64,000 nt of DNA from an uncultured virus (IMG/VR IMGVR_UViG_3300010883_000016) (IMGVR_UViG_3300010883_000016); one strand, 5' to 3'. Numbered from the stretch's first letter, positions 30,890-40,843 are shown. Program-made: numbers and translations. Notes: generated from the letters alone by a model not told the origin.

Positions 30890-31208
30890 GTGTGTTGAAA
30901 ATAGATTAGACAAGATAAAGCTCCTTAGTAAAATTTCAAAAGGCAAAAAGGATAGTAAGTCAAGTGTCCCAAATCCAATTAGAACTAATTTTGATTATGG
31001 TGAAGATGGCTATAATTTTTTAGATAAAATTAGAAAAAGATTAAAGGAGCGAAAAAAGAGAGAGGAGAGGGCAAAGAAGAAAAGCTCCAATCATCCTGAC
31101 GGCATAACCAAAGAGAGTTATGTTCGTGTTGCGGATCTTGAGGATGATATAAAAAAATTAAAGAAAGATATAAAAATTATAAAATCGAAGCTAGGCATAC
31201 CTCTATGA
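30882..31208 (+). CDS. Hypothetical basic coiled-coil protein
   Basis: Overlaps both neighbours in operon fashion. Confidence 0.6.
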   Translation: MSKCVENRLDKIKLLSKISKGKKDSKSSVPNPIRTNFDYGEDGYNFLDKIRKRLKERKKREERAKKKSSNHPDGITKESYVRVADLEDDIKKLKKDIKIIKSKLGIPL

Positions 31209-31786
31209 GCGTATCGACAAATGCTGTAGTGGTTGAGGGCTTGAAGAGACTAGCAAATCATTTTGACTCAAGAGGTCTTTTTACAGAAGCAAATTATATT
31301 GATGGCATAATAAAAGTAGCTGCAAGAAAGAAGGCGAAGTACCCACAGGCTTTTAGGGTGTGGATTATGAGGGTTTTTGATGGCGAGAGCAAGGATCATT
31401 GGTATGGAGAAGCGGATGGTAGTTCTGGTGCGTGGCAGCCAATAAACAAAGACCTCTTTATTCTTCAATTAAAGCATCTTAGAGACAGATTTTTTTCATC
31501 ATCTTATTCGGACGGGTTTTCAAGCTCATCTGGTGGTGGAAAAATGAAGAAGTCAAATGGTTACCTGAGAAGTGTTAGTCCGGAAACTCTAGACTATATT
31601 CTTGAAAAATGGATGAATCCGGCACCAGTTAGTGCTCCACAACAAGGTGACGGCGTAGTTGATATAGTTCCTGGTGAGCTGCATGATCTTGCTGATGAAA
31701 TGGGGGGCGAAGGTGAGCATGGGCTTCATGATGAGCCACTCTATTGGCCCAACTCAGAACAGCTGGGTCTCTTTGAGAATAGTTAA
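31205..31786 (+). CDS. Leader-family protein
   Basis: LKRLANHFDSRGLFTEANYIDGIIKVA. Confidence 0.8.
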   Translation: MSVSTNAVVVEGLKRLANHFDSRGLFTEANYIDGIIKVAARKKAKYPQAFRVWIMRVFDGESKDHWYGEADGSSGAWQPINKDLFILQLKHLRDRFFSSSYSDGFSSSSGGGKMKKSNGYLRSVSPETLDYILEKWMNPAPVSAPQQGDGVVDIVPGELHDLADEMGGEGEHGLHDEPLYWPNSEQLGLFENS

Positions 31787-31838
31787 ATTTTTTAGCTATT
31801 ACTTTTTATTATATATATGAACTTCACGGGTGAGAATT

Positions 31839-32357
31839 ATGATTAATAAGCTTATAAATTTAGCAAATAATTTGGACAAAATAGGCCTAAGTAAAGAAGC
31901 TAGTCAGATCGATGACGTACTGCAATCAGTAATTAAAATGATTGACGACGAACGTATTGATATAGGTGAAACAGAAGCGGGTGATGCTGAGGTTGTGTTT
32001 GATTTGTTTATAGATAATAAAGGTAGAGCTGTTGGGGCCGAACCAGCCTCAGGAGATTTGGGGTCCACATGTATTATGAATGAAGAAATCTCTGAAGAGG
32101 ATGGTGTGGTTGTAGAATATGATGTTGCAGGTGCAGATGAAGAGGGTGAAGAATCGGGCGAAGAAGAGATTTGTGTTGTAGATGTAGAAGATTCTTGTGC
32201 CATGCAAATGACTGATGCCATTCTGGAAGAGCTAAAAGATGCTCTAGAAGAATGGGAGGATAAAGACTACAAGTCTGATAAGGCAAGATCTAAAGCTTAC
32301 CATAAGGATGTAGAAGATATTGTGGGAGAATTTAGTGCAGGGCTGATAGACGATTAA
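31839..32357 (+). CDS. Leader-family protein, very acidic cargo
   Basis: MINKLINLANNLDKIGLSKEASQIDDVL. Confidence 0.8.
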   Translation: MINKLINLANNLDKIGLSKEASQIDDVLQSVIKMIDDERIDIGETEAGDAEVVFDLFIDNKGRAVGAEPASGDLGSTCIMNEEISEEDGVVVEYDVAGADEEGEESGEEEICVVDVEDSCAMQMTDAILEELKDALEEWEDKDYKSDKARSKAYHKDVEDIVGEFSAGLIDD

Positions 32358-32372
32358 GCATGGGAGCTGTAA

Positions 32373-33101
32373 GTGGCTAACAAACTGATAAAGCTTGCAG
32401 ACGCTCTGGACTCAATGGGGTTGCACAAAGAAGCGGATTGTGTTGACGATATTTTAAAGATAGTTGTCGCCGGCGGCCCGTGCTCAAGCAAACAAGGGTG
32501 GACGTGTGTTGAGGGATATCCAAGCATATCCGTGGCTGTAGGCCCGGGCGACATTATTATTCTTGGAGACAGCCAAGTTGGTGGAGAGTTGGGAAGAAAT
32601 CTTAAGGGTACTAGATATTTATCAAACTCATCAACAGTTAATGAGTGGGTTGGTCATACAGCACCAGGTAGCGGCTTTTCTAATAAATTAATAAATGCTT
32701 CAAAGATATATATAATTCTTGGTGGAAACGGGGGTGAGCTAACAGATGAGCAAAGAGCCGCTGGGGCCTCAAGAGGAAGCGTCGTGCCCGCTAGCGCCAG
32801 TGCGCTTATTCGAAACATAAGAAGTTCTGCTCCAAACGCAAAAGTATCATGGATAACTCCAGCGCCACCGGCAGCCGGGTCTGATGATTATAATGATAGA
32901 AGGGATGATCGAGAGCTAAGCAATCAAAATATAATCGACGGTTTGATTGAATACTCTGATGTAAATGTAATTAATTCACATGAAATAATAAGAGAAAAGT
33001 ATCATGGCGAAAGCTGGCCTTGTAACGGTTGCCATGACGGAATACACCTCCGTGGAGAGCCGGCAAGGCATATTTCCGATGCAGCTAAGAATTCTCCCTA
33101 A
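32373..33101 (+). CDS. Leader-family protein with SGNH/GDSL hydrolase domain
   Basis: Leader; ILGDSQ, ILGGN, DGIH blocks. Confidence 0.8.
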   Translation: MANKLIKLADALDSMGLHKEADCVDDILKIVVAGGPCSSKQGWTCVEGYPSISVAVGPGDIIILGDSQVGGELGRNLKGTRYLSNSSTVNEWVGHTAPGSGFSNKLINASKIYIILGGNGGELTDEQRAAGASRGSVVPASASALIRNIRSSAPNAKVSWITPAPPAAGSDDYNDRRDDRELSNQNIIDGLIEYSDVNVINSHEIIREKYHGESWPCNGCHDGIHLRGEPARHISDAAKNSP

Positions 33102-34119
33102 TCTTTTTTATTTGTTCTAAAAGCTCACGCTCTTCATCAGTGATGTTTTTAGGTATATCCACAAGTATTTTATTATATTGGCTGCCCACAGAGCTGCTGT
33201 TCATTATATAAGAACCCTTACCCCTTATTCGTATAGTATCGCCAGGCTGAGTGCCCCTTGGGACCCTTACTTCGCACTTTCCGTGTAAGGTGTCTACTAT
33301 GGCTGTTCCGCCAAGACAGGCTGTTGCGTAATCTATGGTTAAATTATAAGATATGTTGCCGCCATTTAATCTCGAGTAGATCCCGTGAGGTTTTTCTGAT
33401 ATTGTTAAAAATAGATCGCCAGGGTGCCCGCCGTAACCAGAGTCGTTTCCCTTCCCAGACAGCCTCATTACTGCTCCATCGTCAATTCCTCTTGGGAGGG
33501 TGACCCTCAGTTTATCATTTTTGGTTGCATACTTCATCCCGTTACATGCTTTGCATTTATTTTTTATAATGGTTCCCTCGCCATTGCAAGATCTACATTG
33601 TGATTGCAGGATCATAAACCCATTATTTTGTGACAGGATGCCTTTCCCGCCGCATGTTTCACAGCTTTTAAGTATAGCTTTGCCATCTGAGCCTGCTCCT
33701 TTGCACGGCCCGCAGGATATATTTCTTGGTATATTAAAGGATATTGACCCACCTTTAAATATATTTTCTAAGGATACATTCACGGTATATTTTACGTCAG
33801 ACCCTCTCTTGCTTCGCCTGCTTGTGCTGCGACGACCAAATAGATCTCCAAAGCTTCCAAATAGATCTTCAAATCCACTAAATCCGAAACCATTCATGGA
33901 GCCTGGGTCATTGTGCCCAAATCTATCATAACCCGCTTTTTTATTTGGGTCTGACAGCGTATTGTATGCCTCATTTATTTCTTTGAATTTCTTTTCCGCA
34001 CCAGGGTCGTCATTCTTGTCTGGATGATATTCCATTGCGAGAGACCTGAATGCTTTTTTTATCTCTTTGTCTGTTGCATTCTTGGACACACCAAGCATGC
34101 TATAATAATCCTGATTCAT
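33085..34119 (-). CDS. dnaJ: Chaperone DnaJ
   Basis: J domain with HPD; G/F region; four CxxCxGxG-type repeats; C-terminal domain. Confidence 0.96.
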   Translation of the reverse strand: MNQDYYSMLGVSKNATDKEIKKAFRSLAMEYHPDKNDDPGAEKKFKEINEAYNTLSDPNKKAGYDRFGHNDPGSMNGFGFSGFEDLFGSFGDLFGRRSTSRRSKRGSDVKYTVNVSLENIFKGGSISFNIPRNISCGPCKGAGSDGKAILKSCETCGGKGILSQNNGFMILQSQCRSCNGEGTIIKNKCKACNGMKYATKNDKLRVTLPRGIDDGAVMRLSGKGNDSGYGGHPGDLFLTISEKPHGIYSRLNGGNISYNLTIDYATACLGGTAIVDTLHGKCEVRVPRGTQPGDTIRIRGKGSYIMNSSSVGSQYNKILVDIPKNITDEERELLEQIKKIRENS

Positions 34120-34210
34120 CTTATCTTCCCAATTAGGCTTGATCGCACAAAATACTATTACTTTTTACGCATAAATCGAAATTAAATATGCAAAACTTTA
34201 TAGGTTTATT

Positions 34211-35083
34211 ATGATTAACAGGCTAATAGCGTTAGCAAACTACTTAGACTCAATTGATGCCGAAGAAGAGGCGGATGAGGCTGACCAGCTAATAGAAGGG
34301 GCAGTAGAGCCGCCTGATGAGGGGCCTGATGAGGGGCAAGCTGCTGATAATGTTGACAATATATATTTTACAGAAACAGAGGATACCCCAGAAGACGAAA
34401 CTTATGAGGAGATTGAAGCAGACTATAATGGAGAGTGGAATGTGCACAGGGGGGAGCTGCAAAGCCCCACTGGTGAAAGAATATCTGTAAGAAAAATAAG
34501 ACAAGGTAGTTTTTCAAAGGTTTATGAAATAAATAATGATCCATATAATATATTAGTAAACACCAAGGGCGGCATCAGCGATAAGGAGATACTTTCGGGT
34601 ATATATGAAGATGAGCTTTCTTTGAGCCCAGATGATAGAAACCCGCACCTTCCCCAGGTTAGAGAGATAGGGTTTGCGCAGGATGGAAGATTCTATGTTA
34701 TGAAAAAATATAAAATGCCACTAAGGAAGGGTGATACTGAAGATTGGAGTGATTATTCATCAATAAAGATGTGTTGGGCTGAGGCGCAAAGCTTAGTTTA
34801 TGATAGAAATTCTAATAGAAAGTACAAAACTGAATATTATAATCTTGGTGGTGAAATACTTAATGAAGTGGTAAATTGTGCTATTAAAAATAATATAAAG
34901 CAGAGCCTCATAGAGGCTTTGGAGTCCCTAAGGAATTCTGCTTCGGCATATGGAGCAGAGTATGGATTTGAGATTAGCCCAAGAAATGTTGGTGCGGATG
35001 AGCATGGGAACCTAGTTCTTGTTGATGTAATATTTGATATGAAGGCAATGCACAATATGCATCGTGGTAAGCGAAGGGGGTGA
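34211..35083 (+). CDS. Leader-family protein with protein-kinase-like fold
   Basis: Leader; QGSFSKVY loop, NPHLPQV, YVMKKY, EISPRNV, LVLVD. Confidence 0.7.
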   Translation: MINRLIALANYLDSIDAEEEADEADQLIEGAVEPPDEGPDEGQAADNVDNIYFTETEDTPEDETYEEIEADYNGEWNVHRGELQSPTGERISVRKIRQGSFSKVYEINNDPYNILVNTKGGISDKEILSGIYEDELSLSPDDRNPHLPQVREIGFAQDGRFYVMKKYKMPLRKGDTEDWSDYSSIKMCWAEAQSLVYDRNSNRKYKTEYYNLGGEILNEVVNCAIKNNIKQSLIEALESLRNSASAYGAEYGFEISPRNVGADEHGNLVLVDVIFDMKAMHNMHRGKRRG

Positions 35084-35087
35084 TGGA

Positions 35088-35921
35088 GTGATTAATAAAC
35101 TTATAAAACTTGCAAACTGCCTAGATGAGTCAGGCTTTAAGAAAGAGGCTGATAGGGTAGATGCGCTTATAAGAAAAAATGGAATTGCCATATTAGCGCC
35201 ATTCGCTATTCCGGGCGCTATGTTGATTATAGCGGAACTAATAGCTCTTGCTGGGCTAGCTGTAACGGTGGCTTGGGTTATAAGGGAATTATTTATAAGG
35301 TATTATAATGAGTCCAGTAAAGAAGGAGTTGTTGATAGAGCATCAGATGCTTTAAATAAAGTTGAGCAAACACCAGAGTCGGATTACCCAATAAATCCAG
35401 AGCATAATAAAGCTCCGACAAAAGAAGACGTTAAAGTCGGCGTAAAAGACCTGGCAAAGCTGCTGCCTGAAATTTCAATCATATTTGATGAAAAAAGAAA
35501 AGAAGAAAGGGTTTATACTATATCGTGCCTTGCAACAAGTGACGGGATTGATGTAGATTATTTTTATTTTGACTCACCAAGTATTCCGGGCTTGGTAGTA
35601 GACGATGTATGTGAAAGGTTAACTGGTCCAGGTGGTATACCAGTCGGCTATATAATGCCTGGCCCGATATTATTTGGCCGGCCGCCAAAGTGGGGGGAAG
35701 AATATGATGCGGGAGGAATATCTGGCGTAAGCGTAAGAGGAAGCCCTGATCTTGAAATGGAAAATATAGTAAGTTGGATTTGCAAAAACAAACCGTGGGT
35801 TGACGCTGTAAGGGTGCATGATCAGGCTGGGCCAAAATATTGTGGCAATAAGCGTCAATTTTCATTGTTATACGAAGAGCAAGGCGTTCTTCATGGCCCA
35901 TGGAAGTGTAAAGATGACTAA
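35088..35921 (+). CDS. Leader-family protein with TM-like segment
   Basis: INKLIKLANCLDESGFKKEADRVDALIRKNG followed by ~33 hydrophobic residues. Confidence 0.8.
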   Translation: MINKLIKLANCLDESGFKKEADRVDALIRKNGIAILAPFAIPGAMLIIAELIALAGLAVTVAWVIRELFIRYYNESSKEGVVDRASDALNKVEQTPESDYPINPEHNKAPTKEDVKVGVKDLAKLLPEISIIFDEKRKEERVYTISCLATSDGIDVDYFYFDSPSIPGLVVDDVCERLTGPGGIPVGYIMPGPILFGRPPKWGEEYDAGGISGVSVRGSPDLEMENIVSWICKNKPWVDAVRVHDQAGPKYCGNKRQFSLLYEEQGVLHGPWKCKDD

Positions 35922-37026
35922 CAATCTGACTAACAAGCTTATAAACTTAGCAAATACCTTGGATGAGTCAGGCTTTAAGAAAGGGGCTGATAGGGTAGAT
36001 TCGCTTATAAAGAATGCAGATAAAGGTGCGGCAAAAATTACCTATGACGAAGAAGAACAATTAATCAAAGACCATACCAATAATAAATCTATTAGTTGGC
36101 CAGAGTTGTTTCAATTATTTCAAAATGTATCATCAAGCTTGATAGATAATTGGGTTAAGACAGATGACTTTATAAATGCTATATATAATAAAGCCAAAGG
36201 GGACACCCCCCGGGGCTACAAGTACGTTCGAATTCCACAAGAAGTCTTTATGGAGAATTTATTAAAAAAAATAACCTATCCTGGGCTGGGATTTACTTTT
36301 GAAATTCACAATGACTACGGTGCCAAGGCGTCATATCAAGTAGAACCCAATCAAATCATAATATGGATGCAAGTTTTTGCCAGATCAAATGGGATAGATA
36401 GTATTAAATATCTCACAAAAGTTATTACGCACGAAGTTACACATGCAATTCAGTTTCAAATAAAAAATCTAAAAACAGGAACTTATGTTCCGGTCGGATT
36501 AGGTCAGAGGTGGCGGAAGCCGATAGACACAGCAATGACAACAGATATGAGCGAGGTTTTTTCTGGTGAGATTAATTCGATTATAGATAGGGGGGCTATA
36601 GACAGCTATGATAAATTTGTAGAAATAATGCTTAATAAATCAACCAATTTTAAAAGTTACATCGAAGAGAGCCTAGCCGAAGACCCGGATCACTACAGGG
36701 GGATCTGGGAGGAGCACAGGGGGTCTACTTTTCAAGATATACATATACATCAACAATTAACCAAGTTAAAGTTAATAATTAAAGATACTGCAAATAATAT
36801 AAATAGCTATACAGACTTCTGCAGCCTAACGCTTGATCAGGTCAAATTCCCATCTGAATTGAGCGAAATAAGCTCGCTTTTATATATATTAAAATGTGAT
36901 GAGGCTTCACAAATAACATTTAATGAAGATATAGCTACAAATATTAATACGACAAGCCCCGATCCGCTTGGCTCACCAAGTACGGTTAGCGCCAATCTAA
37001 GGACACACAGGCTGGCTGTTAAATGA
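35914..37026 (+). CDS. Leader-family protein with zincin (HExxH) domain
   Basis: NKLINLANTLDESGFKKGADRVDSLIKNA; ITHEVTHAIQ. Confidence 0.8.
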   Translation: MTNNLTNKLINLANTLDESGFKKGADRVDSLIKNADKGAAKITYDEEEQLIKDHTNNKSISWPELFQLFQNVSSSLIDNWVKTDDFINAIYNKAKGDTPRGYKYVRIPQEVFMENLLKKITYPGLGFTFEIHNDYGAKASYQVEPNQIIIWMQVFARSNGIDSIKYLTKVITHEVTHAIQFQIKNLKTGTYVPVGLGQRWRKPIDTAMTTDMSEVFSGEINSIIDRGAIDSYDKFVEIMLNKSTNFKSYIEESLAEDPDHYRGIWEEHRGSTFQDIHIHQQLTKLKLIIKDTANNINSYTDFCSLTLDQVKFPSELSEISSLLYILKCDEASQITFNEDIATNINTTSPDPLGSPSTVSANLRTHRLAVK

Positions 37027-39701
37027 TTAACAAACTTATAAACCTTGCGAATGCTTTAGATGAGTCGGGTCTCAAGAAAGAGGCTGATAGGGTAGATTCG
37101 CTTATAAATAATGAGGAGGTGGAGCCTTCAAGCCGACCGAAAGCACAACATTTGATTTTATATCCAGAAAATAACAAGAGTAGCTCCTTGGAGGACAAAT
37201 CGGCCAAAGCTTTAATCAATTATTTTGATCGAACAGGGTTATTTTCTTATGCAAATTCTATATATAAGCTCTTTTCATTTGCTGGAATAGAAGATCATGG
37301 GCAAAGAATAGGCGAGGCCGCCCATTACAGGGAGGACCCCTTCAAAGGATGGTTCGGAGGACTGGATAGGGTATATTTGCCATACGGTGAAGAAGATAAC
37401 TCAAGAAATGATAAAGAAACATTTTTAAGAACTGAATTTAAAGATATATTAGAGTGGATAGATAAGTATACGGCAGAAAGCTCAAGTGGGGCATCTCTTT
37501 TGGACGGCAGAATGCAGTCGGGAAGAAAAATAGGCGGTAAGTTTTTTCTTCAAATTATGAAGGGAAGGCTGGATGATTTTTATAATGATAATCATAATAA
37601 CATAAATATTGACAAAGCTGGGTTTATAAATATTTTTTCATCTTTATTTGGCAAAAATGAAGGAGCGCAGAGTGGCAGTTGGGGGGCCAGCACAAATCTT
37701 ATGTCAATGGTTTCCGAAAGAGATATATATAGCGGGGATGATTTTGAAAGGATTAGTTTTTTAGATAATTTATCTGGAATAATAAGTGATGCAAATATTA
37801 TATCAAAAGATTATATGGCTTCTCCGGTTAGGGGGAATATAAGAGTTAAAGATTATGGACTTGTGATTACAAAGGATCCAACCGATGTTGCTGCGATGTC
37901 TACCGGCAGAAGATGGACATCGTGTGTAAACCTTGATGGAGGGTCCCACAGTTCAGATGTTTTTTGCGAAATAAGAGCTGGTGCTTTTGTTGCTTATCTT
38001 ATTGAGTCAGATGACACAAGGATAGAGAGGCCACTTGCGAGAGCTAGGGCTAGAAGGTTTGATAGCAAGAGCGGCGATTCAATTGCTATATTGGAAGATG
38101 AAGTTTATTCCGATGGCACTGAATTCCCGGGATTTCTTGAAGCCATACAGGTCTGGATTGACAGCAAGCAAGGCGTGCTGGAGTATGGGACGTATCACAG
38201 AAGAGGTGGTGTTTGGTCTGATACGTTTGAAGAAACATATGATGTAGAAAAAGAATATCCAAAAGACCTACAGACACTATCAGACATTATAATGAGTCCG
38301 CAAGAAAATTTAGAAGAAAAGCGGGACACATATGTAGTTACTGATGAGTTGTTTGAAGAACATGAAGAATACTTCTCTGACGAAGGAGACGGCGATACTG
38401 ATACATACAATAACGAGCATAATTTAAGAATTTTTCACTTAGAAGAAGGCGGAATGTCGTTTGGTGATTATGAAAAAGCAGAAGAATGGATAAAAGAGCA
38501 TAGTGACCATTGGCAAAGCGAACTTCTTGGTTTTATAGAGGGTAATCCTAAGTTATCTCATGAAATCGATACTAATTATGAACCATATTCGGACGAAGAA
38601 GAGGATGAGATAAAAGAGTCGATTGAGAAGTCCCCGTGGGAGGGAAGAGTTACATCTGCAGAGGGAGCCTCTCTTATGGAATATGTTTCAAATAAAGATA
38701 AGAGATTCAAAATAAAAACTGATACTGCTGAGGAAAAAATACAAAGAGAGGTTAAAAAGATTAGCAGCTTATTTTACAATAAGCTGAAGGAAGATTATTT
38801 GGCAAAAAATCTAGATAAAACAAAATTTAATACAGATGCCGTGAAGAAGTCTATAGAGTCCGGAAGGGAGAATCTGTCGCCCCAGCAAATATTAGACAAT
38901 GAGTTATCGCTTACTCTTGGCGGATATGCGGTAATGTTTCCAGAATTTTTTTCAAAGAAAGAATTAGAAAAAGTATTTGATAAGAACAAGAAGAAGCTTA
39001 AAGATGTTGCGTTTGATTATTCAGCGATAGAGGATGAGGGCGCAAAAGAAGAAATGAGGCGGGAAATTATGTCCATCTTGGAGTCAAAATTAGAATATGG
39101 AAGTTTAAGATTGGGCTATGAAAGAGAGGGGAATTATTACGGTATTAATAGGGGAGGGTACGGAAGGCACCATCTTGAGACACGATATGAGAATAGAGTT
39201 GAAAGTGATGTTATAAAAATATTAAATAATGAATCCCCGTTGCCAAACGGTTTTTCTGATAAGATAATTGATTTATACAAAACTGTAGATAGAGATGATG
39301 AGTTCGCAGAAAACCCCAAGGAAAAATTAAAAGAAGAGGGTAAAGAGCGCATGAGGACTGAGATCCTAGGACTGCTTGCGGCCATGAATGCACACAACCC
39401 AAGGACAATATTCTTTTATAAAGATATTTTATCAAAGATACACATAAGTACATCTGATGATATTAGCGACTATACAGGTTTAGTATATTTAATTCAAACA
39501 ATAAGCAAGGTCGGCATATCAGGTGAGCCATTGGTACCAGAGTTAGAAAGACTATTTAAAGATGCAGACAGTGTGGATGCAAGTGAACATGATATACTTG
39601 CCAATAGTGACGTAAAAAAGAAAATTCATGATTTTAAACGAAGAATTATTTTTGTAATAAAAGCAATAAGGTCGGATGATATGGAAAAAAATGTTAAGTA
39701 A
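37023..39701 (+). CDS. Large leader-family protein (two leader copies), unknown cargo
   Basis: MINKLINLANALDESGLKKEADRVDSLI and ALINYFDRTGLFSYANSIYKLFSFA. Confidence 0.85.
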   Translation: MINKLINLANALDESGLKKEADRVDSLINNEEVEPSSRPKAQHLILYPENNKSSSLEDKSAKALINYFDRTGLFSYANSIYKLFSFAGIEDHGQRIGEAAHYREDPFKGWFGGLDRVYLPYGEEDNSRNDKETFLRTEFKDILEWIDKYTAESSSGASLLDGRMQSGRKIGGKFFLQIMKGRLDDFYNDNHNNINIDKAGFINIFSSLFGKNEGAQSGSWGASTNLMSMVSERDIYSGDDFERISFLDNLSGIISDANIISKDYMASPVRGNIRVKDYGLVITKDPTDVAAMSTGRRWTSCVNLDGGSHSSDVFCEIRAGAFVAYLIESDDTRIERPLARARARRFDSKSGDSIAILEDEVYSDGTEFPGFLEAIQVWIDSKQGVLEYGTYHRRGGVWSDTFEETYDVEKEYPKDLQTLSDIIMSPQENLEEKRDTYVVTDELFEEHEEYFSDEGDGDTDTYNNEHNLRIFHLEEGGMSFGDYEKAEEWIKEHSDHWQSELLGFIEGNPKLSHEIDTNYEPYSDEEEDEIKESIEKSPWEGRVTSAEGASLMEYVSNKDKRFKIKTDTAEEKIQREVKKISSLFYNKLKEDYLAKNLDKTKFNTDAVKKSIESGRENLSPQQILDNELSLTLGGYAVMFPEFFSKKELEKVFDKNKKKLKDVAFDYSAIEDEGAKEEMRREIMSILESKLEYGSLRLGYEREGNYYGINRGGYGRHHLETRYENRVESDVIKILNNESPLPNGFSDKIIDLYKTVDRDDEFAENPKEKLKEEGKERMRTEILGLLAAMNAHNPRTIFFYKDILSKIHISTSDDISDYTGLVYLIQTISKVGISGEPLVPELERLFKDADSVDASEHDILANSDVKKKIHDFKRRIIFVIKAIRSDDMEKNVK

Positions 39702-39964
39702 TGATTGATGATGATAATCATAATTAAATTGTATATAAAATGATAAGAAAATCTATATATTTTACAAAGACTCATAGCTTTGAGATAGGTATATCTTTGA
39801 GCTCTGGGCACAACATGTTTGGTGAATATATATTTGGACTTAGAATAAATTTCTTTTGGCGTGAATTTTATATAGGTTTAGTATATTTTCCAAAATATTA
39901 GTTTTAAATAATGGAGCGAATATCTCTATTAATAACAACGATAAATAGATAGGGAGTAGTCGAA

Positions 39965-40843
39965 ATGGGAAAAGTATCAGAGATTAGGGCGACACAGGTG
40001 AGCGTGATGGAGCAGTATGGTGAAGACTGTAAGTCCTCTTTGCACAATATTTCAGAATTATTTAATTCAGCCGATGATAGCTCAACTACACTTCTAGCTA
40101 TAAGAGATAGCCTTAGAGCTTTTGTTAAAGTATTAAAAGCAGATCGTAAAAATTTGAAAAATGTCCATCTTAGTCTTAAAACGCTTGGGGCAAAGCCCAT
40201 AACTACAAGTATGGAAAAGCATGAGGACGATCTTATAAAGAGCATAGATGATTCTTACGAACTTCTTGCATCTATAGCCAAAGAAAGGATGGAGGCTGCT
40301 TTTGAATATACGGATGATGTTCCTGGATTGCTAAGCTCATTTCTTTTGGACATTCCAGAATCAAACATTAATCTAGTTATGTATGGACATACAGGTGCTC
40401 GCACGCTTTCTCATGATGATATGATATCAGTTCTTGATGACTCAGGTATCCTTAGATATTCTGATGATGATGTCTCTGGAGATACCGCAGTTAGTGTCGA
40501 TGACACCTCCGGAGATGATGACACCTCCGGAGATGAGGCTGAAAGGGCCGGAGCTATCGTGCTCCCAGATGCCTCGAAAACCTGGAAATTCGAAATTTGC
40601 ATACCAAGGCCACAGCTACCGGGGGTAGACGGTGATTCAAAAGGGGGAAATGCAGTCTGCATACCGCTCGGGGCAATTGGAAAGGCCCTGAGCAGTTATT
40701 GCTCAAAGCATCCGGGCACTTGTAAGTGTAGGTGCAGAGATGCATTCGACATGTGCATGGGAAGCACCGTTCCCGGCATTGATCCGGAAGAGGAAACTAT
40801 AGACTGCAGGGGGATATTTAGAGCCTGCAAGAAGGCGTGCTAG
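39965..40843 (+). CDS. Hypothetical protein with Cys-rich C-terminus
   Basis: GGGAG RBS; 292 aa. Confidence 0.7.
   Translation: MGKVSEIRATQVSVMEQYGEDCKSSLHNISELFNSADDSSTTLLAIRDSLRAFVKVLKADRKNLKNVHLSLKTLGAKPITTSMEKHEDDLIKSIDDSYELLASIAKERMEAAFEYTDDVPGLLSSFLLDIPESNINLVMYGHTGARTLSHDDMISVLDDSGILRYSDDDVSGDTAVSVDDTSGDDDTSGDEAERAGAIVLPDASKTWKFEICIPRPQLPGVDGDSKGGNAVCIPLGAIGKALSSYCSKHPGTCKCRCRDAFDMCMGSTVPGIDPEEETIDCRGIFRACKKAC

Noticed and set aside
25726..37107. Diversity-generating retroelement behind the repeated leader DNA
   Set aside because: No reverse transcriptase in the window; repeats are N-terminal and differences are not adenine-specific
30053..40534. Short coding duplications (15-bp x3 near 30054, 12-bp x2 near 34313, 18-bp x2 near 40499)
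   Set aside because: Ordinary in-frame slippage in low-complexity linkers
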